Below, piece after piece: positions 25,550-37,864 of a stretch of DNA of 64,000 bases (its first letter is position 1; each line of letters begins with the position of its first letter). A program made the translations under genes and the position numbers. The notes beneath the pieces were generated by a model, which saw only the letters and a program-made list of their open reading frames with translations, was not told where the DNA came from and made no database searches. This DNA is from Mobula hypostoma (Eukaryota), in the NCBI RefSeq assembly GCF_963921235.1, contig NC_086097.1:59274001-59338000 (forward strand), written 5' to 3'.

Positions 25550-25680
25550 GATTGCAAATGCTGGACTTCTGAATTCAAAACAGAAGATGCTGGAGATGCT
25601 CTGTAGATCAGGCAGCATTTGCAGAGAGTAAATCAGTTTTAACTCTTCAGGTTAATAATGTGAGGATGAGTTAGAAATCA
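25550..25680 (-). mobile_element. Older Penelope terminal remnant
   Basis: TGCAAATGCTGG...AGAAGATGCTGGAGATGCTC..AGATCAGGCAGCATTTG is a diverged PLE end. Confidence 0.55.
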
Positions 25681-25966
25681 ACCATGTTTTACTTTGTAAA
25701 AAAGGGGGAAAGATGGAGAGAAAGAAATAAATGTTTGCAAAGACCATAAGAGACTGAATGACATACTTGGTAGTGGTGTATTGTTGGATGATGTTGAAGG
25801 CTTATTACAACTGAATAGTCTAAACAGGACCTTGTATGGCACATGCCTGCTTCAACATTTTTGAGGGTTCAAGGTGGTTGCCACAATTTGAAGAGAATGG
25901 AAATTGCATTTACTGGAAATCTGAAATAAAATCCTGCATTAATCAACATCAAACATTGATTTTACT

Positions 25967-27325
25967 ACGCAAACAACAGGAATTCTGCAGATGCTGGAAA
26001 TTCAAGCAACATACATCAAAGTTGCTGGTGAACGCAGCAGGCCAGGCAGCATCTGTAGGAAGAGGTGCAGTCGACGTTTCAGGCCGAGACCCTTCGTCAG
26101 GACTAACTGAAGGAAGAGTGAGTAAGGGATTAGAAAGTTGGAGGGGAAGGGGGATATCCAAAATGATAGCAGAAGACAGGAGGGGGAGGGATAGAGCCGA
26201 GAGCTGGACAGGTGATAGGCAAAAGGGGATACGAGAGGATCATGGGACAGGAGGTCCGGGAAGAAAGACAAGGGGGGGGGTGACCCAGAGGATGGGCAAG
26301 AGGTATATTCAGAGGGACAGAGGGAGAAAAAGGAGAGTGAGAGAAAGAATGTGTGCATAAAAATGAGTAACAGATGGGGTACGAGGGGGAGGTGGGGCCT
26401 TAGCGGAAGTTAGAGAAGTCGATGTTCATGCCATCAGGTTGGAGGCTACCCAGATGGAATATAAGGTGTTGTTCCTCCAACCTGAGTGTGGCTTCATCTT
26501 TACAGTAGAGGAGGCCGTGGATAGACATGTCAGAATGGGAATGGGATGTGGAATGGGATCTGGCGGACAGAGCGTAAATGTTCAGCAAAGCGGTCCCCCA
26601 GTCTGCGTCAGGTCTCGCCAATATATAAAAGGCCACATCGGGAGCACCGGACGCAGTATATCACCCCAGTCGACTCACAGGTGAAATGTTGCCTCACCTG
26701 GAAGGACTGTTTGGGGCCCTGAATGGTGGTAAGGGAGGAAGTGTAAGGGCATGTGTAGCACTTGTTCCGCTTACACGGATAAGTGCCAGGAGGGAGATCA
26801 GTGGGGAGGGATGGGGGGGACGAATGGACAAGGGAGTTGTGTAGGGAGCGATCCCTGCGGAGTGCGGGGGGGGGGGAGGGAAAGATGTGCTTAGTGGTGG
26901 GATCCCGTTGGAGGTGGCGGAAGTTACGGAGAATAATATGTTGGACCCGGAGGCTGGTGGGGTGGTAGGTGAGGACCAGGGGAACCCTATTCCTAGTGGG
27001 GTGGTGGGAGGATGGAGTGAGAGCAGATGTACGTGAAATGGGGGAGATGCGTTTAAGAGCAGAGTTGATAGTGGAGGAAGGGAAGCCCCTTTCTTTAAAA
27101 AAGGAAGACATCTCCCTCGTCCTAGAATGAAAAGCCTCATCCTGAGAGCAGATGCGGCGGAGACGGAGGAATTGCGAGAAGGGGATGGCGTTTTTGCAAG
27201 AGACAGGGTGAGAAGAGGAATAGTCCAGATAGCTGTGAGAGTCAGTAGGCTTATAGTAGACATCAGTGGATAAGCTGTCTCCAGAGACAGAGACAGAAAG
27301 ATCTAGAAAGGGGAGGGAGGTGTCG
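25967..27325 (-). mobile_element. Penelope-like element, 5'-truncated (RT thumb/linker, GIY-YIG endonuclease, 3' terminal repeat)
   Basis: SQFLRLRRICS, FFKERGFP, RVPLVLTYHP, CKRNKCYTC, FTCESTGVIYCVRCSRCGLLYIGET*RRLGDRFAEH, EQHLIFHLGSLQPDGMN. One premature TGA at 26608 and a small deletion. Possible TSD TTACTAC. Confidence 0.95.
26069..26104 (-). ncRNA. Minimal type I hammerhead ribozyme motif
   Basis: AGUC-CUGACGA-AGG(GUCUCGG)CCU-GAAA-C-GUC-GACU: intact core, stem I AGUC/GACU, stem II AGG/CCU, loopless palindromic stem III (ACGU). Confidence 0.8.
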
Positions 27326-27371
27326 TTACTACCCTTGTTTGCCTGACCTGTTGAGTACTTGCAACATTTTA

Positions 27372-28567
27372 GTTCAAAGTCAAGGTAAACTTACCAAATA
27401 CAACTCTGAAATTCATTTTCTTGCAGGCATTTTCAGAAAAAAAGAATGCAATAGAATTTTATAAAAGACTCAGCATAAACAGACAAAGATTGACCAACAC
27501 CAACATGCAAAAAAAAACAAACTATGCAAATAAAAATAATACTGAGAACATAAGTTGTAAAGAGTCCATAAAAGTGAAACTGTAATGGTGAGGGAAGTTC
27601 AAGAGCCCGAAGATTTTAAATTTCCCTAAACCTGGTGGATGGGTCCTAAAGCTTCTGTTCCTCTTACACAAAGGTAGCGGCAAGGAGAAGACATGCCTGG
27701 ATGGTGAGCGTCTTTGATGATGGAAACTACTTCCTAGTGACAGCATTTCACATTAATATACTCAATGGTGGGGAGTGCTTTGCTTGTGATGGACTGGGCT
27801 GTGTGCACCACTTTCTACAGCTTCTTCCATTCCTGGGCATTGGTGTTACTACACCAGGCCATGATGCAACCAGTTAGGATACTGTCTAGTGTTCATTTAT
27901 AGAAGTTTGTCAAAGTTTTTGATATAATGCCAAATTTATGCAAAATTCTAAGAAGTCGATAGACTTCTTTGTGATGACACCTACATGATGGTCTCAGGAT
28001 AGATCCTCTGTATGGTAACATCAAGGAATTTAACGCCACTGATCCTCTCCACCTCGGCTGTTTGGTCATGATGACTTTCAGTGAAAGGTTGTTGTGGTGG
28101 TACCAAAGTTCAAAGTTCAAAGTAAAATCTATTATCAGAGTACATACATGTCATCACATGCAATCCTGATAGTCATTTTCCTGCGGGCATACTCAGCAAA
28201 TCTATAGAATAGTAGCTATAAACAGGATCAATGAAAGAGAAAATAGAGAATAGAAGAAAACAGACTGTGCAAATGCAAATATACATAAATAAATAGCAAT
28301 AAATAATGAGAGCATGAAATAACAGCATAAAGAGCCCTTAAAGTGAGATTATTGGTTGTGGAAACATCTCAATAGATGTGTGTAGTTATCCTTGTTCATT
28401 CAAGAGCTTGATGTGTGAGGGGTAGTAACCGTTCTTGAACCTGTTGGTGCGAGTCCTGAGGCATCTGCACCTTCTACCAACCAAATTTTCTATCTTTATC
28501 CTCTATGCCGATTTGTTATCATCATTGATTTGGCCAACATCAGCGATGTCATCAGCAAACGTAAATA
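27372..28567 (-). mobile_element. Rex1/Babar 3' fragment containing a second nested Rex1 3' end (28104-28458)
   Basis: Two (TTTGAAC)n tails at ~27372 and ~28104; WYHHNNLSL and FGIISKTLTNFYK. 28104-28440 matches 1638-2000. Confidence 0.8.
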
Positions 28568-28583
28568 CTCAATATATAGTTAT

Positions 28584-31120
28584 TTAAAAGCGTATGGTGC
28601 AAATCATCTCCATTATGGAACAATAATCGTTTTCTATCTGGGGGGAACCATTCACTAACAGAACTTGAAGATATTAATGGGGCAAGTACTATCCTTAGCT
28701 TTCAAGAACTGATATCTCAATATAATATTGATAAACACTCGCTTTTCTTCTACTTTCGAGTAGATCAGCTTGTAAAGCCTACAGCGTTCCCTGGGGGTCA
28801 GATTTAAAGGACCATCCAATTTTAAGTTGGATACAGTGTGTTCCAAGACAGATAGTGTCATATATCTATGATAAATTAAACTCTCAGAAATATATGCCTA
28901 CATTGGGAATGAAAGCCTGAGATAGGGATATATCTGAATTGGGACAAGACTTAAACTGGGATGCGATTTGGGATAATGCTGCCGGTGCTTTGAAAAACCC
29001 AAATCATCGGTATATACACTTGAAATTTTGTGATAGAGCATATTTAACACTGAGAATTAGACATCAAATGGGACTGGTTCCTGACCCATATTGCTCATTT
29101 TGCCCCCATGGAACCGTTGGCTCTTTTATACATGTTACATAGAAACATAGAAACATAGAAAATAGGTGCAGGAGTAGGCCATTCGGTCCTTCGAGCCTGC
29201 ACCGCCATTTATTATGATCATGGCTGATCATCCAACTCAGAACCCCGCCCCAGCCTTCCCTCCATACCCCCTGACCCCCCGTAGCCACAAGGGCCATATC
29301 TAACTCCCTCTTAAATATAGCCAATGAACTGGCCTCAACTGTTTCCTGTGGCAGAGAATTCCACAGTTTCACCACTCTCTGTGTGAAGAAATTTTTCCTA
29401 ATCTCGGTCCTAAAAGGCTTCCCCTCTATCCTCAAACTGTGACCCCTCGTTCTGGACTTCCCCAACATCGGGAACAATCTTCCTGCATCTAGCCTGTCCA
29501 ATCCCTTTAGGATCTTATACGTTTCAATCAGATCCCCCCTCAATCTTCTAAATTCCAACGAGTACAAGCCCAGTTCATCCAGTCTTTCTTCATATGAAAG
29601 TCCTGCCATCCCAGGAATCAATCTGGTGAACCTTCTTTGTACTCCCTCTATGGCAAAGATGTCTTTCCTCAGATTAGGGGACCAAAACTGCACACAATAC
29701 TCCAGGTGTGGTCTCACCAAGGCCTTGTACAACTGCAGTGGTACCTCCCTGCTCCTGTACTCGAATCCTCTCGCTATAAATGCCAGCATACCATTCGCCT
29801 TTTTCACCTCCTGCTGTACCTGCATGCCCACTTTCAATGACTGGTGTATAATGACACCCAGGTCTCGTTGAACCTCCCCTTTTCCTAATCGGCCACCATT
29901 CAGATAATAATCTGTTTTCCTATTTTTGCCACCAAAGTGGGTAACTTCACATTTATCCACATTAAATTGCATCTGCCATGAATTTGCCCACTCACCCAAC
30001 CTATCCAAGTCACCCTGCATCCTCTTAGCATCCTCCTCACTGCTAACACTGCCGCCCAGCTTCGTGTCATCCGCAAACTTGGAGATGCTGCATTTAATTC
30101 CCTCATCCAAGTCATTAATATATATTGTAAACAACTGGGGTCCCAGCACTGAGCCTTGCGGTACCCCACTAGTCACCGCCTGCCATTCTGAGAAGGTCCC
30201 GTTTATTCCCACTCTTTGCTTCCTGTCTGCTAACCAATTCTCCACCCACACCAATACCTTACCCCCAATACCGTGTGCTTTAAGTTTGCACACTAATCTC
30301 CTGTGTGGGACCTTGTCAAAAGCCTTTTGAAAATCCAAATATACCACATCCACTGGTTCTCCCCTATCCACTCTACTAGTTACATCCTCAAAAAATTCTA
30401 TGAGATTCGTCAGACATGATTTTCCTTTCACAAATCCATGCTGACTTTGTCTGATCATTTCACCGCTTTCCAAATGTGCTGTTATCACGTCCTTGATAAC
30501 TGACTCCAGCAGTTTCCCCACCACCGACGTTAGGCTAACCGGTCTATAATTCCCCGGTTTCCCATATGTTGTATGGGAATGTCCAGGGGTTTTTGATTTG
30601 TGGGGGAAGGTTATCAGTACTCTTACAGAGCTAACAGGGGTACAATTACCAATGGACTCTGCTGTACATCTTCTAAATGATGACTCCCACCTTTCCCTTA
30701 TGGGAAAAACACGCAAAATCTGGCAGGCAGGCCTAACTGCAGCTAAGAAGATTGTAGTCCAGTGTTGGAAACCTCCCCATGATATTTCAAATACTCACTG
30801 GCTTCGGAGCTTTTTGGACATTTCTTACCTGGAACTTTCATCAGCAAGAGTAAATGATGCACGACCAAACACAATCTTAATGTGGACAAATTTGATATCT
30901 AACTTAAAAGATCTATCGTTAAAATAGGAATATTTTGTCTGTGTATGTACTACTATTCAGTTGGTTGGCGGAGGGGAGAGGGATGGGGGAGAAAGGGCTG
31001 GAGGGGGGATGGTGATGAAAGTTGGGGGGTGACTGTATTAAACAGTCAAAATGTAATTGGCAATTGGTTGTATTGAATGTAATTTGTTGGTGTTTCAATA
31101 AAAAATTAATAATAAAAAAC
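28584..31120 (+). mobile_element. 5'-truncated L1-clade LINE (ORF2 C-terminus), split by CR1
   Basis: WDAIW..HRYIHLKFCDRAYLT..YCSFC..GSFIHV|VWECP..W..AAKKIVVQCWK. AATAAA and A-rich tail. TSD ATAGTTAT at 28576-28583 and 31121-31128. Confidence 0.9.
29137..30563 (-). mobile_element. Young 5'-truncated CR1 with uninterrupted RT domain
   Basis: GNYRPVSLTS, QHGF, YLDFQKAFDKVPH, GVPQGSVLGP, FADD in one frame; (TTTCTATG)n tail; TSD ACATGTT/ATATGTT. Confidence 0.97.
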
Positions 31121-31189
31121 ATAGTTATGTCTGTGTGACTAAGCACTTATCCCATGCCAAATCTGAGTTTAGTAATTTCACCATTGTTG

Positions 31190-31493
31190 TGGGCAGGTGG
31201 CCAAGTGGTTAAGGCATTGGACTAGCGACCTGAAGGTCATGTGTTTAAGCCCCTGCCGAGGCAGCGTGTTGTGTCCTTGAGTAAGGCACTTAACCACACA
31301 GAGCTCTGCGACGACACTGGTGCCAAGCTGTATCAGCCCTTGCCCTTCCCTTGGACAACATAGGTGTCGTGGAGAGGGGAGACTTGCAGCATGGGCAACT
31401 GCCTGTCTTCCATACAACCTTGCCCAGGCCTGCGCCCTGGAGAGTGAAGACTTTCCAGGCGCAGATCCATGGTCTCGCAAGACTAACGGATGT
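31190..31493 (+). mobile_element. tRNA-derived CORE-type SINE with RTE-like tail
   Basis: GGTGGCCAAGTGGTTAAGGC A box, degenerate B box, CORE-like GTGTCCTTGAGTAAGGCACTTAACC, tail GATCCATGGTCTCGCAAGAC. Confidence 0.75.
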
Positions 31494-32062
31494 AGGCTAA
31501 ATCAAAGGTGGTGACAAATCATCATACAGGAGGGAGATTGAAAATCTAGCTGAGTGGTTCACAGCAACAACCTCTTACTCAATGTCGGCAGAACCAATGA
31601 GCTGATTGTTGACTCAGGAAGAGGAAACCAGAGGACCACGAGCCAGTTCTCATTGGAGAATCAGAGGTGGACAGGGTCAGAAACTTTAAACTCCTCAGTG
31701 TTCTCTTTCAGAGGACCTGCCCAGGACCCAGCATGTAAGTGCAATTACAAAGAAAACACAACAGTGTCTCTACTTCCTTTGGAGTTTGTGAACAGTTGGC
31801 ATGAGATCGATAACTTCTATAGATGTGTGTTGAAGAGTATATTGACTGGTTGTATCACAGCCTGGCATGGAAACACCAATGCCCTTAAATGGAAATCCTA
31901 CAAAAAGTAGTGGACCCGGCCCAGTCCATCACAGGTAAAGCCTTCCCCACCATTGAGCACATCTACATGGAGTGTTGTCACAGGAAAGCAGCATCCATCA
32001 TCAGGAACCCCTACCACCCAGGACATGCTCTCTTCTCACTGTTGCCCTCACGAAGAAGGACC
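31494..32062 (+). mobile_element. Rex1/Babar C-terminal fragment
   Basis: NNLLLNVGRTNELIVD, FYRCVLKSILTGCITAWHGN, HPGHALFSLLPSRRR. Confidence 0.9.
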
Positions 32063-32580
32063 ATGAAGTTCCCTTCCTGTTCTTAGGTCAAAGAGAGCAT
32101 AAGTGACATTGACCTTATCTAGGAGCCGAACTTTGTTGCTATTTACTGGATGTTCATTGTTTTGTTTTGCAGGAGATAATGGCATTCAAGCCCTACCATG
32201 GTTGCTGAGCATCTATGATTTAATGTTAGTTTCGAATTGCCACTTCGTTCATGAAGTGACCTTCCAGAGGTCATACCTTGAACTCTTGTACTTTCCCAGA
32301 TGACCACTTCTAAGCTTATATTTTAATGTCAGCAGGAAGTGCTTGGTTGAGTTATTTGAAAGGTATGGTAGAACACAAAGATGGTGTCCTGCAAATGAAG
32401 ATCATTCTACTTCACATGGTGCTGAAAAGAGAAACAGTACTTGCAATTTCATGATTAATTGATAATGGGAATAGAAGCCATAATGCAATAAAATGGAAAC
32501 ATAAGAAGAAAAATACTTTAATTGCACATTCTTTTTAAAACATGTTTATCTGAATGGTGCGTTTATCTGAAAGGTAAACA

Positions 32581-32750
32581 CTTTCAAATCTCTTACTAGC
32601 TCTTCCTTCAGTTAGTCCTGACGAAGGGTCTCGGCCTGAAACTTCGACTGTACCTCTTCCTGGAGATGCTGCCTGGCCTGCTGCATTCACCAGCAACTTT
32701 GATGTGTGTTGCTTGAATTTCCAGCATCTGCAGAATTCCTCGTGTTTGCG
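32581..32750 (+). mobile_element. Penelope 3' terminus with hammerhead-like motif (32614-32649)
   Basis: Near-identical to the reverse complement of 25967-26140; core CTGACGA...GAAAC-TTC. Confidence 0.9.
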
Positions 32751-33447
32751 AATAGAGAAGGAGGTCATTTTGAACATCTTGCTAGCCTGCTGTAGTTATC
32801 AGAAATTAATTAGTCATCAGGCAACTATCCCTGTCTCCCTACATCCTTAATTTGAGAAATCTCTTTTGAAGCATGTGGCCACTCTGTGCCATTAGAATTT
32901 GGGTCCAAACAGACATTTCACTTATTGATCCTAACATTTTTTTCAGGGTTAACACTTGAATCTATTAGTCTAGGTATAACTTGCTGACTTTGGTTCTGCA
33001 GCAACTTAAAATCTGTTACCCAGTTTATTTAATGGTTCAGCCAAAATACCTTTGTGTACAATTCTATATATATAGTGTTACAACCCTGCATAAGATTAAT
33101 ACTATCCTGAGACCTGAATCAGATACATTGTGAAAGTGCCTCTTTAATCTTTCTATGGACTGATAATAAAAAAATCTAAGAAGATGCAAACGGACAAAAA
33201 TTCTTAAGCTGCTGTGTATTGCAGTGAGGGAATGGACAGTTGGGGGAGGTGTGATCAAATTCACTTGATACAATGAGTTAAACATAGCTTCAAAACAAAA
33301 TTGAGGTCATGCTATGTTTCTCTGCTTCTTTTGATCACCTTGTTTCATTTGAAGAACATAACCAAATTCTTCCACTTATTTTTCCGTGTCTCCTGAGAGC
33401 CTCTCACTGGTCTGAACCCTGAGTGGTAGCTTTTATAAGAGGGCCTT

Positions 33448-35695
33448 GAACATAGAAACATAGAAGACCTACAGAAAAATACAGGCTCTTCAGCCCACAA
33501 TGTTGTACCGAACATGTACTTACTTTAGAAATTACCTAGGGTTACCCATAGCCCTCTATTTTTCTAAGCTTCATGTACCTATCCGGGTGTCTCTTAAAAG
33601 ACCCTATTGTTTTCGCCTCCACTACCATCGCTGGCAGCCCATTCCATGCACTCACCACTCTCTATGTAAAAAAAACTTACCTCTGAAATCCCCTCTGTAC
33701 CTACTTCCAAGCACCTTAAAACTGTGCCATCTTGTGTTAGTCATTTCAACCCTGGGAAAAAGTCTCTGACTATCCACACGATCAATGCCTCTCATGGTAT
33801 TGTACACCTCTATCAGGTCACCTCTCATCCTCTGTCACTCCAAGGAAAAAAGGCCAAGTTCACTTAACCTATTCTTGTGAGGCATGCTCCCCAATCTAGG
33901 CGACATCCTTGTAAATCTCCTGTGCACCCTTTCTATAGCTTCCACATCCTTCCTGTAGTGAGCTGACCAGAAATGAGCACAGTACTCCAAGTGGGGTCTG
34001 ACCAGGGTCCTATATGTCTGTAACATTCCCTCTCAGCTCTTGAACTAAATCCTACAGGTGATGAAGGCCAATGCACCATATGCCTTTTTAACTGCACAGT
34101 CAACCTGCACAGCAGCTTTGAGTGTCCTATGGACTCGGACCCCAAGATCCCTTTGATCCTCCACACTGTCAAGAGTGTTACCATTAATACTATATTCTGC
34201 CATCATATTTGACCTACCAAAATGAACCACCTCACACTTATCTGGGTTGAACTCCATCTGCCACTTCTCAACCCAGTTTTGCATCCTATCGATGTCCCAC
34301 TGTAACCTCTGACAGCCCTCCACACTATCCACAATATCCCCAACCTTTGTGTCATCAGCAAATTTACTAACCCATCCCTCCTCTTCCTCATCCGGGTCAT
34401 TTATAAAAAAAACAAAGAGAAGGAGTCACAGAACAGATCCCTGAGGCACACCACTGGTCACCAACCTCCATGCAGAATATGACCCATCCACAACCACTCT
34501 TTGTCTTCTGTGGGCAAGCTAGTTCTGGATCCACAAAGCAATGTCCCCTTGGATCCCATGCCTCCTTACTTTCTCAATAAGCCTTGCATGTGGTACCTTA
34601 TCAAATGCCTTGCTGAAATCCATATACATTATACCTACTGCTCTACCTTCATCAATGTGTTTAGTCACATCCTCAAAAAATACAATCAGGCTAGTAAGGC
34701 ATGACCTGCCTTTGACAAAGCCATGCTGACTATTCCTAATCATATTATGCATCTCCAAATGTTCATAAATCCTGCCTTTCAGGATCTCCTCCATCAACTT
34801 ACCAACCACTGAAGTAAGACTCACTGGCCTATAATTTCCTGGGCTATCTCTACTGTCTTTCTTGAATAAGGGAAAGACATCTGCAACCCTCCAATCCTCT
34901 GGAACATCTCCCGTCACCATTGATGATGCAAAGATCATTGCCAGAGGCTCAGCAATCTCTTCCCTCTCCTCCTACAGTCGCCTAGGGTATATCTCTTCTG
35001 GTCCCAGTGACTTATCTAACTTGATGCTTTCTAAAAACTCCAGCACATCCTCTTTCTTAATGTCTATATGCTCAAGCTTTTCAGTCTACTGTAAGTAATC
35101 CCTACAATCATCATGGTCTTTTTCTGTAGTGAATACTGAAGCAAAGTATTCATTAAGTATCTCTGCTATATCCTCCACTTCCATACACACTTTTCCACTG
35201 TCACACTTGATTGGTCCTATTTTCTCACGTCTTATTCTCTAATGCTCGTCACATACTTGTAGAATGCCTTAGGGTTTTCCTTAATCCTGCTCACGAAGGC
35301 CTTCTCATGGCCCCTTTTGGCTCTCCTAATTTCATTCTTAAACTCCTTCCTGTTAGACTTATAATTTTCTAGCTCTCTATCATTATCTTGTTTTTTGAAC
35401 CTTTCGTAGGCTCTTCTTTCCTTCTTGACTAGATTTTCAAAAGCCTTTATACACCATGGTTTCTGTACCCTACCATCCTTTCTCTCTCTCATTGGAATGT
35501 ACCTATGCAGAACACCATGCAAATATCCCCTGAATATTTGCCACGTTTCTGCCATACATTTCCCTGAGAACATCTGTTCCCATTTTATGCTTCCAAGTTC
35601 CTGCCTGATAGCTTCATATTTCCTCTTACTCCAATTGAACACTTTCCTAACTTGTTTGTTCTTATTCTTTTGCAATACTATGGTAAATGAGATAG
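33448..35695 (-). mobile_element. CR1 LINE, 5'-truncated, frameshifted
   Basis: IKENPKAFYKY, VPEDWRVA..GNYRPVSLTS..QHGF..DFSKAFDKVPH, WQMEFNPDKCEV, LVRPHLEYC; TTTCTATG tail. Confidence 0.95.
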
Positions 35696-37864
35696 CCTAC
35701 CTCAGGTAGTTGGAGATAAATACAGTACCTATTGTCTTGACAACGCAATATCAGGAGACTGAAATGTTTATTCACTGCTGAAACAGACAAACTCATACAT
35801 TATTACTTGTAATCTTTAGAAAAAATATATTTAACGATTGACCCAGTACCATTAAAACAATCCTTCATTTTTGTTTACATCTGATTTACATCAGTGTTAT
35901 ATCAAGGTACATCCCTTCAACAAAATTCTTTCCAGATCATTTTAGTGTAAAATAGATTTTTTCACTGAGACCACATATTTTCAAAATAAAAAAGCACCTG
36001 CCTCTATTCCTGCATCATTTCATCTATGCTGAAACTTCCTTCTATTTATAAATTTGCCCATTACAACACCCTCCCAGCTAAACTTTTGCCCACTTTGCAT
36101 GCCACTATTCCTGAGGAGACATTGGCTTTTGCATAATTAGACACTTGGCAAGGTCCAATAAAAAGAAGATAACTTTGAGCAGAGTGGCCATTGTGTGAGT
36201 GGGCCAGTGGTAGAGTGGGGGGCTGAGGCTTTGGCGTGGAGAGACTTAGGCTGTAGGTATATTGTTTTTGTTATATATCCTTGTTTGTTCTTATTGCACA
36301 TTTACAACAGTGGTGATGCCAGACAGGATATTGGAATGCTCCCCAAGCAGGATGTGTGAAGGCATGGAGACCTCTTGTGACCCTGACACTGACACCTGCA
36401 GGAGTGCATCCAGCTGCAGCCTCTGACAGAGCATGTCAAGGAGTTGCAGCTGAAACTGGATGAACTCTGGATCACTCGGGAGTCTGGGGGTTTGATAGAC
36501 CAAATATACTCGGCAGTAGTTACACCCAAAGTGCAGGACACAGGTATCTTTGTGATTGGGGGAAAGGGGGTAAGTAGCCATTGCAGAGTATCCCTGTGAC
36601 CATTATCATTAGCAACAGGTGCATCATTTTGGATACCGTCGGCGGGGAGTGACCTAGCAGATGAAAGCCACAAAGGTCAGGTCTCGGGCACTGAGTCTGG
36701 CTCTGTGGCTCAGAAGGGAAGGGGGAGAAGAGGTGTGCTGTTGTGATAGTGGATACATTGATTAGAGGAACAGGCAGGAGGTTTTCTGGATGCAAACAAG
36801 ATTCCTGATGGAATGTTGCTTCCCGGGTGCCAGAATCAGGGACATCTCAGATCGCATCCACAATATTCTTAAGTGGGATGGTGAGCATCCAGGGTTCCTG
36901 GTTCACTTCAATACCAATGTCATGGGGAGGATGGGTGACAAGGGCCTGCAAAGTGTGTTCAGAGGATTAGGTGCTAAGTTAAAGGACAGGACCTCCAGGG
37001 TTGTGACCTCAGGATTGCTACCTGTGCCACTGCCAGTGAGGCCAGAAGCAGGAAGATTATAGAGCTTAACATGTGGCTAGGGAGATGGTGCAGGAGGGAG
37101 GGCTGAATTTTTGGATCATTGGGCTCTCTTCCAGAGAAGATGGAACCTGTATGGAAAGGATGGTTTGCATCTGAACTGGATGAGGTCCAGTATCCCAGCA
37201 GGAAGGTTTACTAGTGCAGCATGGGGTAGGGGGTTTAAACTAGAGTTGTAGGGGTTTGGGAACCAGATTGCCAGAATAGATGGAAGAGCGGTTGTGGAGA
37301 AAGATGTTTTTAAGCCTGCATACAAAACCAGGGTTGATTGTGATGGAATGAATGTTCTGAGCTTCACATATTTCAATGCAAGGAGTATTGTAGGAAAAGC
37401 AGATGAGCTTATGGTATGGATCAGCACCTGGAATAATGACATTGTAGCCATCAATGAGACTTGGTTACAGGAGGAACAGGTCTTGAAGCTTAATATTCCA
37501 GGGTTCCATTGTTTTGGACATGATGGAGCAGGAAGGATTAAAGGTGAAGGAGTGGCATTACTGGTCAGGGAAAATGTCACAATAGTGCTCCGACAGGACA
37601 GACAGGAGATCTCATCTAGAGAGGCCTTCTGGGAGAAATAAGGAATAAGAAAGGTTTGACCATGTAAATGCGATTATATTAAAGACAACCCAACGGAATT
37701 AAGAGGAACAACTTTGTACAGATCCCAGACTGCTGCAAGAAGCATAAGGTTGTCATAGTAGATGATTTTAACTTTCTCCACTTATTGACTGGGACTCCCA
37801 TATCGTAAAGATGGGAAAGAGCTTGTCAAATGTGTTCAGGAAAATTTCCTTAATCAGTACATAG

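Noticed and set aside
25836..27263. Alternative-frame and antisense ORFs (174, 118 and 189 aa) over the Penelope element
   Set aside because: Shadow ORFs of GC-rich PLE sequence with no independent motifs.
29064..30716. 550 aa ORF as a host gene or domesticated RT
   Set aside because: Fully explained by a CR1 fragment with TSD nested in an L1.
31190..31270. tRNA gene (also 21830-21903, 22785-22855, 53471-53540)
   Set aside because: No complete cloverleaf; each continues into a SINE body.
32173..32224. Plus-strand acceptor TTGTTTTGTTTTGCAG with possible GTTAGT donor
   Set aside because: Weak donor and unrecognisable peptide; such signals are common by chance in AT-rich DNA.
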